In this document: positions 1-14,290 of the stretch, one piece after another
Layout of the letters: each line of letters starts with the position of its first letter
Numbering within the stretch: the stretch's first letter is position 1
Origin: Paraspadella gotoi
Lineage: Eukaryota > Animalia > Chaetognatha
DNA: 64,000 nt
Reading direction: 5' to 3'
Assembly (NCBI GenBank): GCA_051294375.1
Contig: JBJCIZ010000016.1
Location: forward strand, 31,726-95,725
Program-made: the position numbers and the translations under genes
Notes under the pieces: model-generated
The model's input: only the letters and a program-made list of their open reading frames with translations
Databases searched by the model: none
Told to the model about the DNA's origin: nothing

Positions 1-20
1 GTTTTTTATAACTAATTAAT

Positions 21-785
21 TTTTATTCGGATCTGCTTATCAGCAGATTCTGACTATAATTCACTTTGTCGGTCCGTCGGTCCAACCCCAAAATCAAATT
101 TTTTTTATCATATCAGAACATTGAATTATAATAAATTATGCAAAAAAATTATGTCTGTCTGTCCATCCTCCCTTAGCATTAAACTCCAATTACTCGTGTT
201 TGGTTGGATGGAATGGAATGATATTTTGTGTGTGGGTAGGAGAAAGTGTGTGATTGAGCTGGATATAAATTTTCAATGGAATCGTGCTAGTAGAAGTGAG
301 TTTAAATAGAAAAAACAAAAGTCATATTTACTTGAAGTATTTTTACTTACATTTATTCATAATTATTTTATTTATTAAAAATTGGATAGATGAAATGAAA
401 TTTAGTGTGTGGGTAAGAAAGTATGTGGATTAAGCTGAATATTAATTTTTGATGGAATTGTATGAGTGGAAAAAAGTTGAATATAAAACTAAAAGACAAT
501 TATTTGAATATTTTAAAGTTTTTCTTCTCTCTATCTCTCTGATTGATTGATTGATCGATTGTTTGACCAAATTATGCCAGTTGACAAAATTATGCCCGTT
601 GACCAAATTATGCCCGTTGACCAAGTTAAGCGCAGCTACTCAAAATGTTTTTTTATAGATTTATTAAGAAGTCAGTTATGATTTGTTATGTTACAATTTG
701 TTATGATCTGTTAAGATCACAAATTGAAAGTCAGAAAAAATTACTGTGACTTATCAAGCAGATCCGATGTTTGCTCAAACTTATT
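21..785 (+). mobile_element. Non-autonomous Helentron (HINE/DINE-1-like)
   Basis: Subterminal inverted repeats tcggatctgctt (27-38) and aagcagatccga (756-767). Nested 5' inverted repeat agcagatt, GTCC/GTCG microsatellite (68-83), 3' hairpin gtttgctcaaac (769-780) and T-rich flanks. Internal 18-bp tandem repeat gttgaccaaattatgccc (about 561-624). Confidence 0.7.
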
Positions 786-1200
786 TATTATTTATTTATA
801 AATAAAAATTAAAATATTTTTTCAACAGTTATTTATTATTATTAAAAACAGATTCATAGAGCGCATAAAAGTAAGCTTTAAAATTCTAATTTATTTTATA
901 TTTTAATATTAAGCCATTTAAAAATATAAAAAAAATCTAATTATAATACAATCATATTTATGATTTTTTAGTTCTTATCTACAAAAAATTTTAAATTGAT
1001 TAAATTCAATTAAAAAAATTTAATTAGCTTATTATTGTTAGCTAAAAGCAAAACATTTTTTTAACAAATTTAATAATTAATTTTAATTTTTTAATTATTC
1101 TTAATTGTAACTAGAATACAAAACATAAGCACATTAAAACATAAAATTGGTATTAATAAAGAATATACAGCTTTTAACCAAACTTTCTTGCATGTTCAAT

Positions 1201-4200
1201 TTAACAATCTTCATCACAATCACGAAATTGAGAAACAGTATTAGTCTCATTTTTTCTTTGCTGAGCTTTGATACGATTGCGACATTTGTTTAAGCGTACA
1301 TTTCTTTGACGAGCTGTTTCTTTAGCTTGTGGTACAATGTATTCTACATTATAATCTTCACACAAAGTTTTAATTTTTAATTCTGTTTCGTCCATTTTTC
1401 TAACTCTCTTTTTTTTCATAAAATAATTAATACGGTCAGTAAATGACTTTTGACCACTTCCAAACTGTTGAGAAGACTTAAAATCAGATAAATCATCATC
1501 ATTATCAACAGAATCAAACTCTTCAGAATGTGTAGTGTCACCGTGCTCTTGCACGTTTTTTAATTCTCGTTTTCTTTTATTAGGTCTTGAAATAAGAGAA
1601 TTAACAAAAACTCCTGCAGTTTTTGAAATATCTGATGTAGTTAACCTATAACTTTCTTCCGCGCAGATTTCAGAGTGCTGCATGTGTTCAGTAACTGAAT
1701 GCATCGTTAGATTAGCTTTGGCAGCATGTGGATCAATTAGGCAAGCTGCTAATTGCCTTTCTTTAGAGACAGTCTCAACATAAATTCTCCAAAATGAGGG
1801 TGAAAAAGTAATGCAGAGTGCTTCACAAGCAGTTTTCAAAGACATTTCTAATTCTTTCCTCAAAGGAGCTTTCCCAACACTATTGACAAAAAAAACCGAT
1901 TCATTTATGATCAAACCATTTCGTTTCAATTTCATTTTCAGATTTTGCAACCCAATTAAATAATTTTTTAAAAATGAAAGTTTAAAAACTGGCCATATTA
2001 TGCATGTTGCGCGAAAATGACTGGTAACTTCTTTTTTCCTAGGCCGGATAAAATGGGTATTTTTATTTTGCAGTTGACCAAAAACTACAATGAATTCATC
2101 ATCAACGGAAGTTTTTTGTTCAAAATCTTCAATTGCTTTCATGATATCTGGAACACTGATAGAGGTACTGTCAGAAGATCTTGAGACATTAAAAAATAGA
2201 AAAATTAAATAAACAACTCCTACAACTAATGTGACGAACGGCTTGTAATCATCCAAATCATCAAAATTTTGATTGGCCCAAATTCTACCAACTTCATCGA
2301 ACTCATCGCCATGAAATAACAAAGAATATTCTTCAGTAGAGAAATTTTCTATTTGTTGGGCTCTACTGTTTTTTTTTGCTGCATTATGATCAGCGTAAAA
2401 CTGGGTTATGGGATGAAAAAGAGTTTTCAACTCAATGAAATTTTCTTCAAATTTACTAGATTTTGGTAACCATTTACCAGCCATTAAAAAAGTATTAAAT
2501 TTTCTTAGACAAGATATGTTGGAAAAATAGCTATGCTTCTTTCTACCATTTTTGACAAGGACAAGTAAAAATTCAGAAATCATCGATAAATCTTCAACTG
2601 CTGATAAAATATCCATTGTCTGATGATTGGCAAAGCCTTTTGATGTACAAACAAAAGATAAAAAACGAGCAACATTATTTATTGTGTAGTTTGTTCTGAC
2701 TTGTATATGAGCAATTTTTTTAGCATCTGTAATCAGGTTACTTTGATTGACACGCCAATATTGTTTTAAATGATAAGAAAAAGATACTGGAAAACCGAGA
2801 GCTGATTGATATCTGAGATCCAAAATCAATTCTTTTAGACTTTCATCTATTTTTAGTATTTGATTAATCCCCTTCTCAATAGGTTTATATTGAGTTCCGG
2901 ACACCTCATCCCAAAGCTCATCAAGCTCATCAATATTATTTGGTCTAAAAAATCCACTTAATTCATTAAAGTTAATATCTTGGTCTCTATTAACTTCTTC
3001 TCGAACTATCACTTCTTTAAGAAGTTGATTTAAAGCTTCATTACAAACGGGATTAGTCATTTTCATTTCTTTGATTTCAGAATAAACAGTTTGGGCTTGT
3101 TCCTCAATAGGAAAACTTGTGTTCATCTCTTTATTCATTGGTAATGTTTTTTGCAATTTTTTATTAGTGCCACTAATGTTATTTTGTGAAACAATTTTGG
3201 GGGAAGAATTCGCATCTAGTTTAGCAATATCAAAATCTAAAGAAGTAAAAGAACCATCGCCAAAAACAGTAATATTTTCAATTATTATTTCATCAGAAGA
3301 ATCATCCTTTTCTTCTGCTTGATTCTTTTTGGTTTTTTTGACAATTAACCTTTTTTGAGAGGAATGTGAAGCAAGCAAATCTTTAGAAGAACAAGATGCA
3401 ATTGCTACAGAATCACTAACAACAAAATCATTGTTGTTTTTTTCAATATTTGAGTCAAGTGAAGAACAAACTTTAGAATGAGTTTCGGAAGTGAAAAAAT
3501 CTGATGTGTTTGGCAAGTCATGTTCCAAAACTGTTTCAAGGACAGTTTCAGTCAAATTATCGAAATTTAATGTTTTTGTACTAACTTGGGGATTTTTTAA
3601 ATCAACAGCATGTAAAATTTGTGAGGAACAATTTTCTTTTATTCCATCTATTATAATTGATAGTTTCTCTTGTGATACACGTTTACTTTTGGCAGTAATT
3701 TTGGGACATTCGATTAAGTTTTTTAATCGCACATTGAAAAACGTTACAAATTTATTTCCCATCTTTGGTGGACATTCAAGAGAATTTTTAATTTCACCAA
3801 CAGATTTGTCATAAATGTCTTCTTTTCCAATTATTGTTATCGGAAATAATGAATCAAAGTGAGAACGATATTCAATTGCAGAATCATCACCTCCGGTTTG
3901 GAGCAAAAATATGGGATGTAATGCTTTTTTCTCCAAACATTGATGATATATTTCGTGCAAAGATACTTCGTTGGTGACCGATATTCTTATGATTATAAAA
4001 CGAACCATAAGCACAATGCTAAGAGCAACGAAATCTAATTCTGATATTTCTAAAGCAGAAAATTTTTCCACATAGTTCTTTTTAATATCAATCCCTGCAA
4101 CACCCAAATGTGGATAATCTACAAGCAGTTGCGACTCAATCATACCGTTCCAATGACCCAAATTAAACGTTTTGACTGCTAATCTTAAATCAATGACCCT

Positions 4201-5167
4201 TTGAATGTAGAACTCTGAATCTGGTTCGATCTGAGGAGTAAAATGTTTTATAATTGAATGATAACCACAATGTCCATCTTTATTGCAAGAAAGAATTACA
4301 AATGGAAATTTTATATCATTTATTATTAACAGATTAACATTTTTATAACAGAATAATGATCTTTCATTCAGAGATTCCATGCGCTCTTTATCTTTTAAAA
4401 TTGTAGTTATTATGTCCTGACAATTTTGTATAATGTTAGGACTTAGGCTCAATGTGTCTATATTTTCTAAATCCTTTGGAGTAGAGGTTGGAATATGTTT
4501 AATTGGAGTTAGTGTCAAATCATCAGAAGGATCTGGAAATGAGCGAATCCCATCAATTTCATATTTTTCAACCAACCTTTTCAAATAAGTTTTAAAAGTG
4601 CTTTTAATTATTTTTTTTGGAACTAAATTTATGCTAGTTAAAATTTGATTGCCATCAGATATTAATAATTTAGTGACCTCACTGTTGCAGGTTAGTTCAA
4701 TTTCGTCATCAACTTTGCTAAATTTCAGAACTGCAGGGTTTTCCTTTAGCAATAATTTTTTTGCAATTGACCAATGGCGGTTTAAAAAAAATTCTTTTAA
4801 AAAATTGCTTTCTCGTAATGACTTTGCTAAAAAAATCTTTTCATAGTGTGATTGAAAAGCAGTTGTTGCATGTAAAATTGGTTCATTTTCATCATCAGTA
4901 CTACCTTTGCCTACTGGTTCTACTGTTTCTACGTTACTTTCATTCACGGGATTGGGTTGACTATCTTCTTCAACATCAGAATCAACCAACATTTCTCCAG
5001 ATTTTGATGTTGGAAGTTTAAATGGATATTGAAATTGGCCCAAAACATTTACCATTTTAACTTTACGACTATCCATTTCATTGTCACATAGATGCTTTTG
5101 CAAATACTCTTTTGCAAACAATTTTTCCATACCACAAGTAATAGAGATTGAATTGGATTCGACAAAG
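1201..5167 (-). CDS. Terminal exon (exon 6) of a Crypton-like tyrosine recombinase gene with an OTU-like protease domain
   Basis: Holds the uninterrupted 1309-aa ORF and extends 37 nt upstream to the acceptor ttttttaatgcAG (AG at 5169-5168). OTU-like motifs: DGHCGYHSI (Cys codon 4267-4269) and YRSHFDSL (His codon 3859-3861). Recombinase motifs: FFNVSRSSD (Arg 2179-2181), FFVNSVGK, PSFWRIYVET (Arg 1786-1788) and EHMQHSEICAEESYRL (His 1675-1677, Tyr 1648-1650), preceded by a core-binding-like helix SYFSNISCLRKFNTFL. Confidence 0.85.
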
Positions 5168-6362
5168 CTGCATTAAAAAATAAGCCCCAGTAAACAAAAT
5201 ATTTTTAAAAAACGAAAATAATAATCTATGATTATAAATTTATGATTCAAAAGATACTATTCTATAATTTGAAAATGAAATAATAATCATATTTTTAAGC
5301 TTTAATTCTATTTTTATAATTAATTCAAAAATGAAATTTTATGACGGAAAATATAACAATTTTAAATTCTCCCCCAAAAAATATATTATCATTTTAATAA
5401 CATTATTATGATTCCAAATATAACACATACAATCTCAAAAATATAATTCGATGATATTAAAAATTTAATATAGTAAATTCTAAATTATGATTTTAAAAAT
5501 ATGATTTTATGATTTAAAAAAAATGATTTTATGATTTAAAAAAAATGATTTTATGATTTGAAATAAGAGAATAATATTTAATAGGTTTTCAAAGCATAAA
5601 ATCATATTTTTCAAAGCATAAAATCATATTTTTCAAAGCATAAAATCATATTTTTCAAATCAAAATCATATTTTTCAAATCAAAATCATATTTTTCAAAT
5701 CAAAATCATATTTTTCAAATCAAAATCATATTTTTCAATAACATTATATTTATTAACATAGAATTGTATTTGTGTTATCATGAAAAGTTTTTTGTAAGAT
5801 ATTATATTGATATGTTGATATTACATAGTCATATATTTTTATTATTAATTAGTACTATTTAATGTTGGTCTCAAAGAATCAAAACGGTTTTTTGAAAGTT
5901 ACAATTATATTTTTAAAATCAATCATATTTTTTTAATAAGAGAATAATATTAATATGTTTTAAAATAATAAATCATTTTTAAAGTCATATTTTTAAAATT
6001 ATAGAATCATATTTTTAAAATTATAGAGTCATATTTTTATAATTATAAAATCATATTTTTCAAATCATAAAATCATATTTTTCAAATCATAAAATCATAT
6101 TTTTCAATAACAAAATTATAAAAAATAGAATTGTATTTATGTTATCATGAAAAGTTTTTTTTAAGATATTATATTTTTTTCAAGCCACATGATATTACAT
6201 AGTCAAATATTTTTGTTATTAAATAGTACTATTTAACGTTTACCTCAAAGAATCAAAACGGGTTTTTGAAGCTTACAATTATATTTTTCAAATCATAAAA
6301 TCGTATTTTTCAAATCGTATTTTTCAAATCGTATTTTNNNNNNNNNNNNNNNNNNNNNNNNN

Positions 6363-9300
6363 CAAAAAAACCGTTTTGATTTTTTGAACAGATATTAAAT
6401 AGCACTATTTAATTAAAAAATATATGACTATGTAATATCATTTTGGTTTCAAAAAAATATAATATTTACAAAAAACTTTTCATGATAACAAAATACAATT
6501 CTATGTTAATAATTATTATGTTATTGAAAATATGATTTTATGATTTGAAAAATATGATTTTGATTTGAAAAATATGATTTTGATTTGAAAAATATGATTT
6601 TATAATTTTTACAATATGATTTTATAATTTGAAAAATATGATTTTATAATTTTTATATTATGATTTTATAATTTTAAAAATATGATTTTATGTTTTAAAA
6701 ATATGATTTTTAAAAATATAATTATAACTTCAGAAAAACCGTTTTGATTCTTTTGAGACCAACATTAAATAGTACTATTTAATAATAAAATATGACTATG
6801 TAATATTATTTTGGCTTCAAAAAAATATAATATCTTACAAAAAAGTTTTAATTATAACATAAATACAATTCTATATTAATAATTAAAATGTTATTGAAAA
6901 TCTGATTTTATGATTAAAAATATTATTTGAAAAATATGATTTTATAATTTGAAAAAATATGATTTTATAATTTGAAAAATATGATTTATAATTTGAAAAA
7001 TATGATTTTATAATTTGAAAAATATGATTTTATAATTTGAAAATATGATTTTATAATTTTGAAAAATATGATTTTATAATTTGAAATATATTTTATATAT
7101 TTATAGTTTTAAAAATAGGATTTTATAATTTGAAAAAATATGGTTTTTATGATTTGAAAAATATGATTTTATGAATATTAAAACCTATTAAATAGTATTC
7201 TTTTATTTAAAAAATATTGTGATTTAAAAAATATGATTATGATTTTAAAAGTATAATTTATAACCTTCAAAAAACCGTTTTGATTCCTTGAAACCAACAT
7301 TAAATAGCACTATTTAATAATAAAAATATATGATTATGTAATATCATTTGGTTTCAAGAAAATATAATATCTTAAAAAAAACCTTTCATGAAAACATAAA
7401 TACAATTCTATGTTAATATTTATAATGTTATTAAAAAATATGAATTTATGATTTGAAAAATATGATTTTATGATTGAAAACCTATTAAATATTTATTCTC
7501 TTATTAAATGAATATGATTATGATTTTAAAAATATAATTGTAATCTTCAAAAAACCGTTTTGATTCTTTGAGACCAACATTAAATAATACTATTTAATTA
7601 TAAAAATATATTATTATGTAATATCATTTTGGCTTCAAAAAATATAATATCTTTATAATATCTTTCATGATAACATAAATACAATTCTATGTTAATAATT
7701 ATAATGTTATTGAAAAATATAATTTTATGATTTGAAAAATAGGATTTTATGATTTGAAAATAGGATTTTATGATTTGAAAAAATAGGGAGTGGTCTTTTC
7801 ATACAATTGAAACATTCTTTGAAATATTATACCACTTCATTGATAGGGAAGCCAGGTTCACTGGAGTGAATAAATGAGACTGTGAAAGAGTCTTGATTGA
7901 AAGCTTGCAGAAACCTGCTATGTTATTATCTTGTAAGTGTGATGGAGGCCTTAAACCACCAAAGCCTGTCCAAAGTCAGGGACAAGATAGCTTATTTATT
8001 AAATGAATGGATAATTTTTATATTTGGTTGTACCAATTTCATAGGATTTTATGATTTGAAAAATAGGATTTTATGATTTGAAAAATAGGATTTTATGATT
8101 TGAAAATATGATTTTATGATTTGAAAAATATGATTTTATGATTTGAAAAATATGATTTTATGATTTGAAAAATATGATTTTTTATGATATTAAAACCTAT
8201 TAAATAATATTTTTTTATTAAAAAAATATTGTGATTTAAAAATATATGATTATGATCTTTAAAAAGTATAATGTGTAACTTCAATAAAATAAAACCCGTT
8301 TTGGTTCCTTGAAACCAACATTAAATAGCACTATTTAATAATAAAAATATATGATTATGTAATATCATTTTGGTTTCAAGAAAATATAATATCTTAAAAA
8401 AAACCTTTCATGAAAACATAAATACAATTCTATGTTAATATTTATAATGTTATTAAAAATATGAATTTATGATTTGAAAAATATGATTTATGATTTGAAA
8501 AATAGGATTTTATGATTTGAAAAATATGATTTTTTTATGATATTAAAACCTATTAATAATATCTTTTTAAAAAAATATTGTGATTTAAAAAATATGATTA
8601 TGATTTTAAAAGTATAATTGTAAACCTTCAAAAAACCGTTTTGGTTCCTTGAAACCAACATTAAATAGCACTGTTTAATTATAAAAATATATTATTATGT
8701 AATATCATTTTGGCCTCAAAAAATATAATATCTTTATAATATCTTTCATGATGACATAAATACAATTCTATGTTAATAATTATAATGTTATTGAAAAATA
8801 CGATTTTATGATTTGAAAGATAGGATTTTATGATTTGAAAATATGATTTTTTATTTGAAAACCTAATAAATATTATTCTTTTATTAAAAAAATATGATTA
8901 TGATTTTAAAAATAAAATTGTAACATTCAAAAAACCGTTTTATTCTTTGAGACCAACATTAAATAATACCATTTAATAGTAAAAATATATGATTATGTAA
9001 TATTATTTTGGCCTCAAAAAAATATATCCTACAAAAACTTTTCATGATAGCATAAAATACAATTCTATGTTAATAATTATAATGTTATTGAAAAATATGA
9101 TTTTATGATTTGAAAATTACGATTTTATGATTTAAAAAATATGATTTTATGATTTGAAAAATATGATTTGAAAAATATGATTTTATGATTTGAAAAATAT
9201 GATTTTATGATTTGAAAAATATGATTTTATGATTTGAAAAATATGATTTTATGATTTGAAAAATATGATTTTATGATTTGAAAAATATGATTTTATGATT

Positions 9301-12300
9301 TGAAAAATATGATTTAAAGTTATGATTTTGTAATTTTAAGATGATTTTATCATTTAAGACTTATTAAATATTATTCTCTATTAAAAAAATATGATTATGA
9401 TTTTAAAAATATAATTGTAACCTTCAAAAAAACCGTTTTGATTCTTTGAGACCAACGTTAAATAGTACTATTTAATAATAAAAATATGACTATGTAATAT
9501 CATTTTGGCTTCAAAAAAATATATGTTACAAAAAATTTTTATGATAACATAAATACAATTCTATGATAATAATTATAATGTAATTGAAAATTATGATTTT
9601 ATGATTTGAAGAATATGATTTTATGATTTGAAAAATATGATTTTATGATTTCAAAATTATGATTTTATGATTTGAAAAATATGATTGATTTTATGATTTG
9701 AAAAATATGATTTTATGATTGAAAAATATGATTTTATGATTTGAAAAAATATGATTTTATGATTTGAAAAATATGATTTTATGATTTGAAAAATGATGAT
9801 TTTTAATCGATTTGAAAAATATTACGATTTGAAAAATACGATTTGAAAAATACGATTTGAAAAATACGATTGTCAAATCATAAAATCATATTTTTCAAAT
9901 CATAAAATCATAATTTTGAAATCATAAAATCATATTTTTCAAATCATAAAATCATATTCTTCAAATCATAAAATCATAATTTTCAATTACATTATAATTA
10001 TTATCATAGAATTGTATTTATGTTATCATAAAAAATTTTTTGTAACATATATTTTTTTGAAGCCAAAATGATATTACATAGTCATATTTTTATTATTAAA
10101 TAGTACTATTTAACGTTGGTCTCAAAGAATCAAAACGGTTTTTTGAAGGTTACAATTATATTTTTAAAATCATAATCATATTTTTTTAATAAGAGAATAA
10201 TATTTAATAAGTCTTAAAATGATAAAATCATTCTTAAAATTACAAAATCATAACTTTAAAATCATATTTTTCAAATCATAAAATCATATTTTTCAAATCA
10301 TAAAATCATATTTTTCAAATCATAAAATCATATTTTTCAAATCATAAAATCATATTTTTCAAATCATAAAATCATATTTTTCAAATCATAAAATCATATT
10401 TTTCAAATCATAAAATCATATTTTTCAAATCATATTTTTCAAATCATAAAATCATATTTTTTAAATCATAAAATCGTAATTTTCAAATCATAAAATCATA
10501 TTTTTCAATAACATTATAATTATTAACATAGAATTGTATTTATGCTATCATGAAAAGTTTTTGTAGGATATATTTTTTTGAGGCCAAAATAATATTACAT
10601 AATCATATATTTTTACTATTAAATGGTATTATTTAATGTTGGTCTCAAAGAATAAAAACGGTTTTTTGAATGTTACAATTTTATTTTTAAAATCATAATC
10701 ATATTTTTTTAATAAAAGAATAATATTTATTAGGTTTTCAAATAAAAAATCATATTTTTCAAATCATAAAATCCTATCTTTCAAATCATAAAATCGTATT
10801 TTTCAATAACATTATAATTATTAACATAGAATTGTATTTATGTCATCATGAAAGATATTATAAAGATATTATATTTTTTGAGGCCAAAATGATATTACAT
10901 AATAATATATTTTTATAATTAAACAGTGCTATTTAATGTTGGTTTCAAGGAACCAAAACGGTTTTTTGAAGGTTACAATTATACTTTTAAAATCATAATC
11001 ATATTTTTTAAATCACAATATTTTTTTAAAAAGATATTATTAATAGGTTTTAATATCATAAAAAAATCATATTTTTCAAATCATAAAATCCTATTTTTCA
11101 AATCATAAATCATATTTTTCAAATCATAAATTCATATTTTTAATAACATTATAAATATTAACATAGAATTGTATTTATGTTTTCATGAAAGGTTTTTTTT
11201 AAGATATTATATTTTCTTGAAACCAAAATGATATTACATAATCATATATTTTTATTATTAAATAGTGCTATTTAATGTTGGTTTCAAGGAACCAAAACGG
11301 TCTTTATTGAAGTTACAGATTATACTTTTAAAGATCATAATCATATATTTTTAAATCACAATATTTTTTTAATAAAAAAATATTATTTAATAGGTTTTAA
11401 TATCATAAAAAAATCATATTTTTCAAATCATAAAATCATATTTTTCAAATCATAAAATCATATTTTTCAAATCATAAAATCATATTTTTCAAATCATAAA
11501 ATCCTATTTTTCAAATCATAAAATCCTATTTTTCAAATCATAAAATCCTATGAAATTGGTACAACCAAATATAAAAATTATCCATTCATTTAATAAATAA
11601 GCTATCTTGTCCCTGACTTTGGACAGGCTTTGGTGGTTTAAGGCCTCCATCACACTTACAAGATAATAACATAGCAGGTTTCTGCAAGCTTTCAATCAAG
11701 ACTCTTTCACAGTCTCATTTATTCACTCCCAGTGAACCTGGCTTCCCTATCAATGAAGTGGTATAATATTTCAAAGAATGTTTCAATTGTATGAAAAGAC
11801 CACTCCCTATTTTTCAAAATCATAAAATCCTATTTTTCAAATCATAAAATCCTATTTTTCAAATCATAAAATTATATTTTTCCATAACATTATAATTATT
11901 AACATAGAATTGTATTTATGTTATCATGAAAGATATTATAAAGATATTATATTTTTTGAAGCCAAAATGATATTACATAATAATATATTTTTATAATTAA
12001 ATAGTATTATTTAATGTTGGTCTCAAAGAATCAAAACGGTTTTTTGAAGATTACAATTATATTTTTAAAATCATAATCATATTCATTTAATAAGAGAATA
12101 ATATTTAATAGGTTTTCAAATCATAAAATCATATTTTTCAAATCATAAATTCATATTTTTTAATAACATTATAAATATTAACATAGAATTGTATTTATGT
12201 TTTCATGAAAGGTTTTTTTTAAGATATTATATTTTCTTGAAACCAAAATGATATTACATAATCATATATTTTTATTATTAAATAGTGCTATTTAATGTTG

Positions 12301-13241
12301 GTTTCAAGGAATCAAACGGTTTTTTGAAGGTTATAATTATACTTTTAAAATCATAATCATATTTTTTAAATCACAATATTTTTTTAATAAAAGAATACTA
12401 TTTAATAGGTTTTAATATCATAAAATCATATTTTTCAAATCATAAAACCATATTTTTCAAATTATAAAATCCTATTTTTAAAACTATAAAAATATATTTT
12501 TAAAATCATATTTTTCAAATTATAAAATCATATTTTTCAAATTATAAAATCATATTTTTCAAATTATAAAATCATATTTTTCAAATTATAAAATCATATT
12601 TTTCAAATTATAAAATCATATTTTTCAAATTATAAAATCATATTTTTCAAATTATAAAATCATATTTTTCAAATAATATTTTTTAAATCATAAAATCAGA
12701 TTTTTCAATAACATTTTAATTATTAATATAGAATTGTATTTATGTTATAATTAAAACTTTTTTGTAAGATATTATATTTTTTTGAAGCCAAAATAATATT
12801 ACATAGTCATATTTTTATTATTAAATAGTACTATTTAATGTTGGTCTCAAAGAATCAAAACGGTTTTCTGAAGTTATAATTATATTTTTAAAATCATATT
12901 TTTAAAACATAAAATCATATTTTTAAAATTATAAAATCATAATATAAAAATTATAAAATCATATTTTTCAAATTATAAAATCATATTGTAAAAATTATAA
13001 AATCATATTTTTCAAATCAAAATCATATTTTTCAAATCAAAATCATATTTTTCAAATCATAAAATCATATTTTTCAATAACATAATAATTATTAACATAG
13101 AATTGTATTTTTGTTATCATGAAAAGTTTTTTGTAAAATATTATATTTTTTTGAAACCAAAATGATATTACATAGTCATATATTTTTATTATTAAATAGT
13201 GCTATTTAATATTGGTCTCAAAAAATCAAAACGGTTTTTTG
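6363..13241. repeat. Large inverted repeat with arms at about 6363-9700 and 9873-13241
   Basis: Unique markers are mirrored: the 260-bp insert at 7786-8041 is inverted at about 11550-11807, and 9541-9690 mirrors 9873-10030. The arms differ mostly by homopolymer indels. Confidence 0.9.
7786..8041 (+). mobile_element. Dispersed element of about 260 bp without TIRs (gggagtggtc...gtaccaatttca), inserted at a TA in the satellite
   Basis: It interrupts the satellite unit aaaaaTAggatttt with TA/ATAGG duplicated on both sides. Other copies lie at about 11550-11807 (-) and 21200-21458 (-), with degraded copies at about 26550-26763 (+) and 28335-28400 (-). Confidence 0.7.
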
Positions 13242-14248
13242 AAGGTTACAATCATATTTTTAAAATCATGATCATATTTTTTTAAAAAAAGAATAATATT
13301 TAATAGGTTTTCAAATCATAAAATCATATATTTCAAATCAGTATTTTTCAAATCATAAAATCATATTTTTTCAAAATCATAAAATATCATATTTTTCAAA
13401 ATCATAAAATCATATTTTTCAAATCATAAAATCCATATTTTCAAATCATAAAATCACTATTTTTCAAAATCATAACAATCATATTTTTCAAATCATAAAA
13501 TCATATTTTTCAAATCATAAATCATATTTTTCAAATAATATAAATCATATTTTTCCAAATCATAAAATCATATTTTTTCAAATCAATAAAAATCAATCTA
13601 TTTTCAAATCATAAAATCATATTTTTCAACATCATAAAATCATATTTTTCAAATCATAAATATCAATATTTTTTTCAAATATCAATAAAATCATATTTTT
13701 CAAATCAATTAAAATCATATTTCTCAAATCATAAAATACATATTCTTTTACAAATCATAAAATCATACTTTTTACAACATCATAAAAATCATAATTTTTT
13801 CAAGGAATCAACTACAATCATATTTCTTCAAATCATATTTTTCAAATCATAAAATCATATTTTTCAAGTAATAAAATCATATTTTTCAAATAATAAAATC
13901 ATATTTCTCAAATCATAAAATCATATTTTTTTAATAACATTATAATTATTAACATAAAATTTTATTTATATTATCATAAAAAGTTTTTTGTAAGATATTA
14001 TATTTTTTGAAGCCAAAATGATATTACATAATTATATATTTTTATTATTAAATAATTTTATTTAATGTTAGTCTCATAGAATCAAAATGGTTTTTTGAAG
14101 GTTAATTATATTTTTAAAATCAATCATATTTTTTTAAGAGAATAATATTTAATAGGCTCTAAAATATTTTTAAAATCATTAAATCATATTCTTAAAATTA
14201 TAAAATCATTTTTAAAATCATAAAATCTAGAACAAAGTTTTGAAGTGA

Positions 14249-14290
14249 AACGGACATGTTTCGACTCACATACGAGTCTTCTTCAGCGCC
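14249..14290 (-). ncRNA. Minimal type I hammerhead ribozyme (Penelope-like)
   Basis: Minus strand reads GGCG CUGAAGA A GACUC-guaugu-GAGUC GAAA CAU GUC CGUU: intact core, 5-bp stem II, palindromic stem III and GUC cleavage triplet. Confidence 0.85.

Noticed and set aside
3119-5021. Short plus-strand ORFs
   Set aside because: Antisense shadows of the large minus-strand exon.
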